Of a DNA stretch of 64,000 nt, positions 17,948 to 27,151 are shown one piece after another (the stretch's first letter is position 1; every line of letters begins with the position of its first letter). Under the pieces are notes generated by a model. That model did no database searches. It was not told where the DNA came from and saw only the letters and a program-made list of their open reading frames with translations. The position numbers were made by a program, and so were the translations under genes. Origin of the DNA: a virus; IMG/VR virus record IMGVR_UViG_3300030104_006883, positions 32,001 to 96,000 of that record. One strand, written 5' to 3'.

Positions 17948-19063
17948 ATGAACAAGGCATCGGTAATAGGGATCGGAAGATTAGGTCTCTGTTTTTCTTT
18001 AACACTTGAGAGAGCATCATACGATGTGGTTGGGGTGGACGTAAACCAGGACTACGTTGATCTAGTCAATTCTAAACGATTGTCTAGTGTTGAGCCAAAC
18101 GTGGAAGAGTATCTTCAAGAGTCCAAGAATTTTAAAGCTACCACAGATCTTGAGGAGGCGGTAGACTTTTCAAACCTTCTGTTTGTTGTTGTGGCAACCC
18201 CGTCTCTAGACAATGGTAGATATGACCATTCTCAAGTAGATGCACTAGCGGAAGCACTAGTTGAGCTTGGACCAAGGGAAGAAATAAAGCACTTGGTTAT
18301 TTGCTGCACAACTATGCCTGGATATTGCGATACGGTGCAGGAGAAGCTTAAAGGTCTTAACTATGTTGTTAGCTACAATCCGGAGTTTATCGCACAGGGA
18401 AGTATTTTAAGAGACCAATTACAGCCGGATATGGTGCTGATAGGTGAGGGAAACAAAGACGCCGGTATGCTTATAGAGAAAGCATACCGAGACATGACAA
18501 CCAATGCTCCCTTTATACATAAAATGAGCAGAACCGAAGCTGAGTTAACTAAGATATCTTTGAATTGCTTTCTAACAACCAAAATTGCTTTTGCGAACAT
18601 GGTAGGAGATATTGCTATAGCTTCCGGGTGCAACCCACAAAAAATTCTAAACGCCATAGGGGCAGACTCTAGAATTGGTCTAAAATATCTTGGGTACGGT
18701 TTTGGCTACGGAGGCCCTTGTTTCCCGAGAGACAACAGAGCTTTGGCTATCTATGCAAGTGATAAAAATATTAAAGCCCTTATTAGCCTCGCTTCAGATG
18801 AAAGCAACCGGGAGCACCTCAAATTTCAAGTCGAAGATTTTTGTAAAAAAGCAAGAACTGACGTAGTATCCTTCGATTCAGTGACGTATAAGCCGAATAC
18901 TACGATTATCGAAGAGTCGCAGCAGCTAGAATATGCGGCACAAATAGCAAAAAAAGGGTTTACTGTTGTAATTAAAGAATCTAAAGAAGTTGTTAACAAG
19001 CTTAAAGAAAAGTTTGGCAATCTTTTTGTCTATCAAGAGAGAGGCTTTAATAACGATGAATAA
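17948..19063 (+). CDS. UDP-glucose/GDP-mannose 6-dehydrogenase family
   Basis: GIGRLG, YNPEFIAQG, ELTK...TKIAFAN, GYGGPCFPRD (catalytic Cys). Confidence 0.9.
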   Translation: MNKASVIGIGRLGLCFSLTLERASYDVVGVDVNQDYVDLVNSKRLSSVEPNVEEYLQESKNFKATTDLEEAVDFSNLLFVVVATPSLDNGRYDHSQVDALAEALVELGPREEIKHLVICCTTMPGYCDTVQEKLKGLNYVVSYNPEFIAQGSILRDQLQPDMVLIGEGNKDAGMLIEKAYRDMTTNAPFIHKMSRTEAELTKISLNCFLTTKIAFANMVGDIAIASGCNPQKILNAIGADSRIGLKYLGYGFGYGGPCFPRDNRALAIYASDKNIKALISLASDESNREHLKFQVEDFCKKARTDVVSFDSVTYKPNTTIIEESQQLEYAAQIAKKGFTVVIKESKEVVNKLKEKFGNLFVYQERGFNNDE

Positions 19064-19835
19064 TAAACAGATAGTAGATTTTATAACAACATGGCTTGAT
19101 AGTGTTGTTGAAAGTGCCTCTTGTGATGGCTTTATTGTTGGCGTATCTGGAGGTATTGATTCTGCACTAACCTCTACCTTGGCGGCAAATACAGGTAGAA
19201 ATGTTTTGCTTCTAAATATGCCTATTTCTCAAGAAAAGGGACAATATGGCAGATCTAACGAGCAGATTGAGTGGCTAAAGCAAAAATATGAAAACGTAAG
19301 CTCTTATGAAATAGATCTAACTGACTCATTTAATATCTTCGTAGATACTATGTCGGCAACAAACCCAACAAAGCTTGCAATTGCGAACTCTGCCTCTAGG
19401 CTAAGAATGATGACTCTCTATGCTTGTGCAAACTCAAAAAATTATATGGTTGTCGGCACTGGAAACAAAGTGGAGGATTATGGTATAGGATTTTTTACTA
19501 AGTACGGCGACGGAGGAGTGGATGTAAGTCCTATAGCGGACTTGTTAAAATCGCAAGTTTATGAACTAGCGTCTTACATGGGAGTTCCGAAATCTATACA
19601 AAACGCTACACCAACTGATGGCCTTTGGGAAGATAATAGATCGGATGAGGACCAGATAGGCGCATCTTATGATGAGTTAGAGTGGGCTCTTGAATACAAC
19701 GATTCTGGTGCCGAAGAGCAGCTTTCTGAAAGACAAAAAAGAGTTCTTGAAGTATATAAACAAAGGCATTATAGTACTAAGCACAAGCTTCAAATGCCGC
19801 CTGTTTGTGAAATACCTAAACATTTAAAAGGATAA
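19056..19835 (+). CDS. nadE: NH3-dependent NAD+ synthetase
   Basis: GVSGGIDS, RLRM, GTGNKVE...FFTKYGDGGVD..PIADL.KSQV, PTDGLW, SDEDQIG; no nitrilase domain; ATG 19056. Confidence 0.95.
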   Translation: MNNKQIVDFITTWLDSVVESASCDGFIVGVSGGIDSALTSTLAANTGRNVLLLNMPISQEKGQYGRSNEQIEWLKQKYENVSSYEIDLTDSFNIFVDTMSATNPTKLAIANSASRLRMMTLYACANSKNYMVVGTGNKVEDYGIGFFTKYGDGGVDVSPIADLLKSQVYELASYMGVPKSIQNATPTDGLWEDNRSDEDQIGASYDELEWALEYNDSGAEEQLSERQKRVLEVYKQRHYSTKHKLQMPPVCEIPKHLKG

Positions 19836-19836
19836 C

Positions 19837-20853
19837 GTGATGAAAAGAGCCTTAGTTTGTGGAGCCGGTGGGTTTATCGGTGGCCATCTTGTAAAATACC
19901 TTAAAGACAAGGGATATTGGGTGAGAGGGGTAGACTTAAAGTTTAATGAGTATCACCCGGTACATGAATATGCGGACGACTTTGTTATTGGAGACTTGAG
20001 AGATCCTCACGTTGTTGCTAGTGTAGTTGATGAAGACATGGATGAAGTTTATCAACTTGCGGCAGATATGGGCGGCGCTGGATTTGTTTTTACTGGCGAG
20101 AACGATGCCGATATTATGCACAATTCTGCTTTAATCAATTTGAACATGGTTCATGAAGCGACTAGCAAGCGCGTGAAGAAGATCTTTTATTCGTCTTCCG
20201 CCTGTATGTATCCGGAGCACAATCAATTAGACCCAGATAATCCAAATTGTGTTGAAGACTCTGCGTATCCGGCAAACCCGGACTCTGAGTATGGTTGGGA
20301 AAAGCTTTTTTCTGAGCGACTTTACTTGGCTTTTATGAAGAATAAAGGTATAGAAGTCAGAGTAGCTAGATATCATAATATTTTTGGCCCATGCGGCACT
20401 TGGGATGGCGGGAGAGAGAAGGCTCCCGCAGCGATGTGTAGGAAGGCAGCTAAGGCGAAAGATAGAGGTTTAATCGAAGTGTGGGGGCCTGGGAATCAAA
20501 CAAGGTCCTTTCTTTATGTTGATGAGTGTGTAGAGGCTACATATCGGCTTATGCAATCGGATTTCACCGGCCCGGTAAACATTGGCTCGGAAGAAATGAT
20601 CTCTATTAATGATTTTGCCCAAATGGCTATTGATATATCTGGTAAGAACCTGACAATTTACAACATTGACGGACAAGAATTTGAAAATAAATATGGTCAC
20701 AAGTGCCCCATTGGAGTAAACGGAAGAAATTCTGACAATAAGCTATACGCGGAAAAGATTGGCTGGCAAGTCTCTCAACCACTTTTAGATGGAATGAAAG
20801 AAACTTATAGTTGGGTACAAGAACAGGTGGAGAGTGTAGATGAAGATCGTTGA
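19837..20853 (+). CDS. GDP-mannose 3,5-epimerase-like extended SDR
   Basis: GAGGFIG, LAADMGGAGF, YSSSACMYPEHNQ, DSEYGWEKLFSE, GGREKAPAAMCRK, closely matching GME signature. Confidence 0.85.
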   Translation: MMKRALVCGAGGFIGGHLVKYLKDKGYWVRGVDLKFNEYHPVHEYADDFVIGDLRDPHVVASVVDEDMDEVYQLAADMGGAGFVFTGENDADIMHNSALINLNMVHEATSKRVKKIFYSSSACMYPEHNQLDPDNPNCVEDSAYPANPDSEYGWEKLFSERLYLAFMKNKGIEVRVARYHNIFGPCGTWDGGREKAPAAMCRKAAKAKDRGLIEVWGPGNQTRSFLYVDECVEATYRLMQSDFTGPVNIGSEEMISINDFAQMAIDISGKNLTIYNIDGQEFENKYGHKCPIGVNGRNSDNKLYAEKIGWQVSQPLLDGMKETYSWVQEQVESVDEDR

Positions 20854-21799
20854 GGATTGGGGTAGTACTTATGGAGATGCGATTAACCACTATTGGCGTT
20901 TTGAAGATTTTTCAGAAGATGATGGTAAAAATATATTTTTTTTAGGACTTTCCACATCTACTTCTGAATTCAAAGAAAAATATAAAAATTATGAAAACAA
21001 AATGTTTTTTAACACCGAGCACCCCTGCGCCTTTTATGATACAGACCGTAAGATTATAGCTCGAAGCGCTAATTTAGATGGATATTACTCAAAAATTTTC
21101 ACACAAGACCCATACTCTGCCGCATGGTTAAACGAACTACAAGGTAGGGATACTTTTACTTTGCTATACCCAACACCAATTAATAAAAAATATATTGTAG
21201 AAAAGAAACAACAAAAGGAGTATGATGTTTTATATTGGGGAGGGATACACAGCCAAGTACATGTAGACATACTAGATGCAATGAAAGATTTTAAGTATAA
21301 CTTCCTATCTTTAGGACCCGCTCATTGGGGAATTCAGCATATGCCGACGGCTAATTTAATGACGCATCAAAACGCACCAAGAGAAGAAATGTGGCACTTG
21401 ATAAGAAAAACGAAAATAAATGTTATGGCGAACTTGCTTTTTTTAAACCCTGCACATGTGAGTAGAATTAAAAAAATAAAGGGATGGGAGAAAAATGAAG
21501 CTTTTTCACATCTTGATTTGGGTATCCTCCCACAAATAAAATCAAGACCATTCGAATCGGCGGTTAATAGATGCTTAATGCTTGTTAAAAGAAATCCTTG
21601 GAATATAATCGAATATTGGTTTGAGCCTGATAAGGAGTTTGTCTACTATGACAACGAAGAGGACCTGCCTGAAATTATAAACGGAATATTGTCGAATTGG
21701 GAGCATTATGAGAATATAATTGATAATGCTTTTGAAAAAGCAATAAATAACTATACAATTGACCACTTTATGGAAATAGTGAAGGGAGAGTGCATATGA
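20840..21799 (+). CDS. CgeB/YkvP-like glycosyltransferase
   Basis: C-terminal QIKSRPFESAVNRCLML...FEPDKEFVYY..EEDL pattern. Confidence 0.65.
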   Translation: MKIVEDWGSTYGDAINHYWRFEDFSEDDGKNIFFLGLSTSTSEFKEKYKNYENKMFFNTEHPCAFYDTDRKIIARSANLDGYYSKIFTQDPYSAAWLNELQGRDTFTLLYPTPINKKYIVEKKQQKEYDVLYWGGIHSQVHVDILDAMKDFKYNFLSLGPAHWGIQHMPTANLMTHQNAPREEMWHLIRKTKINVMANLLFLNPAHVSRIKKIKGWEKNEAFSHLDLGILPQIKSRPFESAVNRCLMLVKRNPWNIIEYWFEPDKEFVYYDNEEDLPEIINGILSNWEHYENIIDNAFEKAINNYTIDHFMEIVKGECI

Positions 21800-22206
21800 G
21801 TGATAGAAAATATCTACCGACTTTATCGGAGCTAGTTGATCGGCTTTCAATAGTGCAGCTTAAAGAAGTCTTCATAACAGAACATAAGGAAGAGTATGCC
21901 AAAGAGATAGAGGCAATAGTTCACGATATACAACTAATCTTAGACGAGTGTGAGCAGATAGATGCAGAGACGATTCGTGCAATTGTTGTGTTATCACAAA
22001 TGAACTTGCATATTTGGCATAATGAATCAAACTATCGAAAAGGAATTAAAGATGGTAACAACCTTGAATTGACCCATGGATTGAACGGTATCAGAAATGT
22101 AGCGAAGAACAAAATCCAAGAATTGAACGGGGGCAGGAAGGACTACAAGATAGACTGCTTGGCGGCAGAGTTCGAAGATTGGGAGATCTCTTGGAAAAAG
22201 GAATAA
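21796..22206 (+). CDS. all-helical conserved protein, DUF4254-like
   Basis: LSELVDRLSIVQLKE...MNLHIWHNES...NGIRN. Confidence 0.5.
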   Translation: MSDRKYLPTLSELVDRLSIVQLKEVFITEHKEEYAKEIEAIVHDIQLILDECEQIDAETIRAIVVLSQMNLHIWHNESNYRKGIKDGNNLELTHGLNGIRNVAKNKIQELNGGRKDYKIDCLAAEFEDWEISWKKE

Positions 22207-22682
22207 TATACGATGTGCTTGAGCACTCCCCGGACGCGTATACAGACTATAGAGGCGACCTGTGGACTCTCTGGCAGGCTGGAGTTAGCGAGCTTGATTT
22301 ACCCTACAATCATGACAAAGTGTCTACTTCTAGAAAGAATGTTCTCCGTGGAATACATGGAGATTTTAAGTCTCATAAACTTATTACATGCTTGTACGGA
22401 GAGATATATTTTGTTATAGTTGATAATAGGAAAGAGTCGCCGACATATAGACAGTGGGACTCTACTATATTGAGTGATAAAAATAGAAAACAAATTTTGC
22501 TGCCCCCTGGAGTAGGCAATGGTTTTTTGGTTCTGAGCGATAACTCTGTATTTCATTACAAATGGTATTATTATGGAGATTATCCTGATGTAGGGGACCA
22601 GTTTAGTATAAAATGGAACGACAGCGAGTTGGGCATTAACTGGCCTATCGGCAATCCGATTCTTTCCCCAAGAGACGCATAA
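22179..22682 (+). CDS. rmlC: dTDP-4-dehydrorhamnose 3,5-epimerase family cupin
   Basis: DYRG, SRKNVLRGIHG, KLITCLYGEIY.VIVDNRKESPT, GNGFLVLSD, WND..LGINWP; start may be TTG 22191. Confidence 0.9.
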   Translation: MGDLLEKGIIYDVLEHSPDAYTDYRGDLWTLWQAGVSELDLPYNHDKVSTSRKNVLRGIHGDFKSHKLITCLYGEIYFVIVDNRKESPTYRQWDSTILSDKNRKQILLPPGVGNGFLVLSDNSVFHYKWYYYGDYPDVGDQFSIKWNDSELGINWPIGNPILSPRDA

Positions 22683-22702
22683 AATTTTAAAAGGAAAATA
22701 AA

Positions 22703-23242
22703 ATGAAAAAAGCACTTATTCTTACACACGCTGGGTTTCAAGACCACGAAGTAATTTATCCATATCATAGTCTAAAAGAGAACAACTTTGAAGTTACTGT
22801 TGTAGCTAACCAGCTAGGAAGGTTTTACGGTATTCTAGGTTGTCATATGGTTTGTGATGTCTTAACAACAGACTTCAACGACTCTAAAGAAAGAGCAAAA
22901 TATTTAGAGTATGATTTATTAGTTGTTCCAGGGGGTGTGAAGGCACTAGAAAAGCTAAGGCTAGAAGAGGGAATAGTTGAATTTGTTCGTGAATGGAATG
23001 AACTAGATAAGACTATCTTCTCCCTATGTAACGGCGCTCAACTGCTCATTACGGCAGATGTTGTCAGGGGCAAGACCGTATCAGGGTATTATGCTATTGA
23101 AGCGGACATTAATAATGCGGGAGCGACTTATCATAGAGGCCCTGTTGTTGTTGATAGTAATATAGTCTCTTCCCCACATTATGATTTTATGGGAGAGTGG
23201 ATGAGAACTGGATATCAAACACTTGAGGAAAGAGGCAAGTAG
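22703..23242 (+). CDS. DJ-1/PfpI family protein
   Basis: GFQDHEV, LLVVPGG, SLCNGAQLL (Cys elbow), VVVDSNIVSS. Confidence 0.85.
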   Translation: MKKALILTHAGFQDHEVIYPYHSLKENNFEVTVVANQLGRFYGILGCHMVCDVLTTDFNDSKERAKYLEYDLLVVPGGVKALEKLRLEEGIVEFVREWNELDKTIFSLCNGAQLLITADVVRGKTVSGYYAIEADINNAGATYHRGPVVVDSNIVSSPHYDFMGEWMRTGYQTLEERGK

Positions 23243-23245
23243 CTT

Positions 23246-23908
23246 GTGAGAAAATTTGATAACATTGTTAAAAAACCATGGGGATACGAGTACGTAGCAT
23301 ACGAAAACGAACATTGTGCCTTGTGGTTTTTGCACATAAAGCACCAACACAGTACGTCGATGCATTGTCACCCAAATAAAACAACTGGTTTGATTTTATT
23401 AGATGGGCTCGCTGAAGTTTCTTTTATAGGTGATACGTTTCTTCTTAAACCTAATCACAAAATTATGATAAGAAAGGGCCTATTCCACTCTACAAAAGCA
23501 ACAAGCAAGAGTGGGATTAGCTTATTTGAAATAGAGACTCCGGTTGACAAGTTCGATCTCGTTAGGCTGCGAGATAGTTACGGTCGAGAAGGTAAGCCCT
23601 ATGAAGATGTCAGTCATGAGTACCCAAAGCTAGAAGAGTGCTTGAGAATTGAGGAGCCTCCAAGAGGCGCAGAAAATGTATACAGGACTGGTTCGACAAC
23701 CCTTAGAGTATGCAACATAAAAGACACGTCATTTTTTGACGATATAGAAGATGATAAAAATGTAATGTTTTTAAGAGGTGGCATTGTAACTGAGTACGGA
23801 ATTAATGTCGCTGGTCCTGGTGATATTGTATTAAGTAAAGTTATAAAAGAGTTGACAAGTGTTTTTAATAAAATTAAAATGGAAACGATTATAATGGTGT
23901 TTGAATAA
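23246..23908 (+). CDS. cupin, mannose-6-phosphate isomerase-like
   Basis: VKKPWGYE, TSMHCHPNK, GLFHS, FEIETP. Confidence 0.7.
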   Translation: MRKFDNIVKKPWGYEYVAYENEHCALWFLHIKHQHSTSMHCHPNKTTGLILLDGLAEVSFIGDTFLLKPNHKIMIRKGLFHSTKATSKSGISLFEIETPVDKFDLVRLRDSYGREGKPYEDVSHEYPKLEECLRIEEPPRGAENVYRTGSTTLRVCNIKDTSFFDDIEDDKNVMFLRGGIVTEYGINVAGPGDIVLSKVIKELTSVFNKIKMETIIMVFE

Positions 23909-24306
23909 TGAGTGCAAAAGACTATCCACCCGGATTTGAAAAAGATACAAACAATCTTGCTATTGACTTTGATGGCGTGATTCACAACTATGATAAAGGC
24001 TATCACGACGGCACCTGCTATGGTGATCCAATTGAAGGCTCCCTTGAGGCTATAAGAAGCCTGTCAAAAGACTATAATATAGTTATTTTTACGGCCAAGG
24101 CTAAACCATCTAGGCCACTAGTAAACGGAAAGACTGGAGTCGAACTAGTTCAAGAGTGGCTTGAAAAGCATGATGTGATGCAATATGTGGCCGAGATCAC
24201 CGCTGAAAAGCCCCGATCGCAGATCTACATAGATGATAAAGGATACCACTTCCAGAACTGGGAAGACACTCTGAAATACCTGGAAGAGAAAGATGGAAGA
24301 ATTTAG
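23908..24306 (+). CDS. HAD-superfamily phosphatase
   Basis: AIDFDGVIH, FTAK, KP, YIDDKG. Confidence 0.8.
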   Translation: MSAKDYPPGFEKDTNNLAIDFDGVIHNYDKGYHDGTCYGDPIEGSLEAIRSLSKDYNIVIFTAKAKPSRPLVNGKTGVELVQEWLEKHDVMQYVAEITAEKPRSQIYIDDKGYHFQNWEDTLKYLEEKDGRI

Positions 24307-25126
24307 ATTAAAGGTCTTTGAAAGGGCCGCTCTTTGTAGAAACTTCGAACAGTACGTTTTCGATGGCATACGAAACAAAATGTTCAATTTTCCAATTTAT
24401 CTTTCGGCAGGACAGGAGTATATATCAGCGTCTATAGCCGAAGTCATGAGTGAAAAGGGCATTACCCCGAACATTTTCATTCAGCATAGAGGGCATTCAA
24501 CTTACTTGTCATATGATGCGCCTATAGAAAAACTAATAGACGAGTTACTCGGAAGAGAAACTGGATGTGCCTATGGTATGGGCGGCTCGGCCTCTATACA
24601 TTCGAAAGAAAAGAATATCTTTGGGCACGATGGGCTTATGGGATCACAAGCTCCTATCGCTGTTGGACACTGCTATTCTACGCAGCATCCCACTATAGTG
24701 CATCTTGGAGACGCATCTGCGGAAGAGGACTATGTTCTCGGCGCTCTTGGATGGGCCTCTACTAAGAACCTTCCCATACTTTTTGTGGTAGAGGATAATA
24801 ATTTGTCTATTTTGACGGAGAAGAAGGTGCGTAGAAATTGGGAAATGCACGACGTAGCGCAGGCATTCCGCATGAAGGGAAAAGATATCTCTGATGATCC
24901 CATTGAAATAAAGGAAGCACTGGATGATGTTTTTAATGGCCCCATGTTATTAAATATTAATACCCATAGGAAGTTTTGGCACTCCGGCGCGGGCATTGAC
25001 GACGAAGATACGTTTGATAGATATGAAACAGAGATGGAACTGTTGGGGGACAGAGCCAAAGAAATAGATAAGCAATATAAACAAAAGATAAATGAACTAT
25101 GGAAAAAACAGTTAGAGACACAATAA
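24293..25126 (+). CDS. TPP-dependent dehydrogenase E1 alpha-like subunit
   Basis: YLSAGQE, QHRGH, GMGGS, TPP motif GDASAEE...VEDNNLS. Confidence 0.88.
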   Translation: MEEFRLKVFERAALCRNFEQYVFDGIRNKMFNFPIYLSAGQEYISASIAEVMSEKGITPNIFIQHRGHSTYLSYDAPIEKLIDELLGRETGCAYGMGGSASIHSKEKNIFGHDGLMGSQAPIAVGHCYSTQHPTIVHLGDASAEEDYVLGALGWASTKNLPILFVVEDNNLSILTEKKVRRNWEMHDVAQAFRMKGKDISDDPIEIKEALDDVFNGPMLLNINTHRKFWHSGAGIDDEDTFDRYETEMELLGDRAKEIDKQYKQKINELWKKQLETQ

Positions 25127-26004
25127 AAGAGCTAACCAGGGGACACCTAGAATCGGGTAGTAGATGTTTCGGACAATGCTTGACTGCTGTCGGGTGGGTA
25201 GGGGGAACCCTTCCTGAAATGTATGAAGAAGACGGCATGGTAGAACTTTCGATGGCTGATGTTGCTGCGAGCGGCTTCTTAACTGGCTTGGCTTTAGCTG
25301 GAGAGAGGCCAATTTATGTGGTAAGATATCAAGGATTTCAATGGTTTAATGCATCTATTATAACAAATTATGCAATGAAGTCTAAAGAGATATGGAAGCG
25401 CCCATGCCCCATGCTGATAAGAAGCATAGCAATGGAAGGAGGCATAGGCCCAGTAGCAGGTTCATCGCACCATTCGATATACCAAAGGATGCCTGGAGTT
25501 AAGGTAGCTTCTCCGATGACGCCTGGTGAGTATCGAGAGGTGTATGAGAGGTTTATGGAAGAGGATGAAGTTTATTATGTGTCCGAGCACAGGAAGAGTT
25601 ACGATAATACTCAAGAACTTGCTGATACCATACACGAAGAGGCTGATATAACCTTATTCCCTATCTCCATAACAAGGTTTGCGGCAGAAGAAGCTAGACA
25701 AAAACTAGAGGAGCAGGGCCTGAAAGTTAACGTAATTCATCAAGTTTGGATAAAGCCGTTTATTTTTCACCCTGAGTGGGCGACAGCGTTAAACAATTCT
25801 CGATTTGGTGGTATAGTATTAGACGATGATTATGAGGAAGGCGTTGCTAGTAGCATTGCCCATAGAATGATAATGGGCTCTACCTCAAAAGTTGCAACAA
25901 TGGGCTTACCGCATAGGACTGCCGGGTTCCACCCAAGGGTGGACAACTTGCCACCAAACGCAGACCAAATTATTGATAGAGTTAAGGAAATTTGTAATGT
26001 ATGA
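25099..26004 (+). CDS. TPP-dependent dehydrogenase E1 beta/transketolase C-terminal-like subunit
   Basis: ELSMAD...GLALAGERPI, GPVAGSSH, PGVKVASPMTP, VSEHR, VIHQVWIKP. Confidence 0.85.
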   Translation: MEKTVRDTIKELTRGHLESGSRCFGQCLTAVGWVGGTLPEMYEEDGMVELSMADVAASGFLTGLALAGERPIYVVRYQGFQWFNASIITNYAMKSKEIWKRPCPMLIRSIAMEGGIGPVAGSSHHSIYQRMPGVKVASPMTPGEYREVYERFMEEDEVYYVSEHRKSYDNTQELADTIHEEADITLFPISITRFAAEEARQKLEEQGLKVNVIHQVWIKPFIFHPEWATALNNSRFGGIVLDDDYEEGVASSIAHRMIMGSTSKVATMGLPHRTAGFHPRVDNLPPNADQIIDRVKEICNV

Positions 26005-27151
26005 TTGGCCGCTAATAAATGATAATATTTCGCAAAGAGATAAAGAGATACTTTCTCATTTTATTCTAAAAAGCAATAGGTTTACTAATGGGCCTAAAGT
26101 AGCTGAATTCGAGGAAGAGTGGTCTAAGTGGCTCGGAGTAAAGTACAGCGTGATGGTCGGGTCTGGAGCCGCTGCTAACTATATAACAACTTCCATAACG
26201 AGAGAGTTAAAAGGATCAGGCGGAGAAATTATTGTTCCACCTATTGGATGGGTATCTGATATATCATCCGTAATCAACACCGGATTCACGCCTGTGTTTG
26301 TAGATGTCAATCTGGCAACCATGGCTATTGCCTATGAAAACATTAAAGCAGCCATAAATGAAAATACGAAAGCGATTGTTCTTGTTCATGCGCTTGGTTT
26401 TAATGGAATTAATGATAAAATTATTTCTTTGGCGAAGGAGCATGATCTGCTGTTATTAGAGGACTGCTGTGAAGCTCATGGTGCGACTTATAATGGCAAG
26501 AGGGTTGGTTCTCTTGGTGATATGTCTTGTTTTTCTTTTTATTTTGGCCATCATATAACAACTATTGAAGGCGGGATGGTTTGTACAAATGATGAAGAAA
26601 CGTACCAACTTGCGAGAATGCTTAGATCTCATGGCATGACACGCGAAGCCTCTAAAGAAACACAGGAGAAATACGCCAGTCCGGACCTTAACCCTTTGTT
26701 TACTTTTGCTGTGCCTGGATACAACATGAGGAGCACTGAAATAAATGCTGTTTTAGGTCTAGAGCAAATTCGAAGGTTAGATTACAATGTACACACACGA
26801 CAACAAAATTTTGATACCTGGATAAACAACTTAGATAGTGAGAAGTATTATACTAAGTTTGCAGATGCCGGTAACAGCAATTTTGCTCTTCCTTTAATCT
26901 TAGCTGAAGGGAGCACAAAAAAAGATGTTGTATGCGCAATTCTTGAAGAAGAAAAAGTAGAGTATAGACTTGGCACAGCAGGCGGCGGCAATCAGGCCAG
27001 ACAGCCTTATTTAAAAAACTATGAGCATAAGATAGTTGAAGAGTTGAAGAATTCCAACTATATCCATGATTATGGGTTGTACATTGGCAATCATACTGAT
27101 TTATCGGAACAGCAGATTAAAAATCTATGTGCAAGGTTAAATGATGTTTAA
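25997..27151 (+). CDS. ColD-like GDP-4-keto-6-deoxymannose 3-dehydratase (DegT fold, His replacing the PLP Lys)
   Basis: LLLEDCCEAHG, SFYFGHHITTIEGGM, LRSHG, GYNMRSTE; lacks the Cys-rich Fe-S insert of RfbH/E1; ATG 25997. Confidence 0.8.
   Translation: MYDWPLINDNISQRDKEILSHFILKSNRFTNGPKVAEFEEEWSKWLGVKYSVMVGSGAAANYITTSITRELKGSGGEIIVPPIGWVSDISSVINTGFTPVFVDVNLATMAIAYENIKAAINENTKAIVLVHALGFNGINDKIISLAKEHDLLLLEDCCEAHGATYNGKRVGSLGDMSCFSFYFGHHITTIEGGMVCTNDEETYQLARMLRSHGMTREASKETQEKYASPDLNPLFTFAVPGYNMRSTEINAVLGLEQIRRLDYNVHTRQQNFDTWINNLDSEKYYTKFADAGNSNFALPLILAEGSTKKDVVCAILEEEKVEYRLGTAGGGNQARQPYLKNYEHKIVEELKNSNYIHDYGLYIGNHTDLSEQQIKNLCARLNDV

Noticed and set aside
22703-23242. PfpI protein as glutaminase partner for NadE
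   Set aside because: Glutamine-dependent NadE uses a nitrilase-fold domain; the gene is 3 kb away and has DJ-1 rather than triad GATase motifs
24293-26004. Pyruvate dehydrogenase auxiliary metabolic gene for central metabolism
   Set aside because: No E2/E3 in the window, both subunits are compact, and they are coupled to NDP-sugar enzymes; a sugar-branching role fits better
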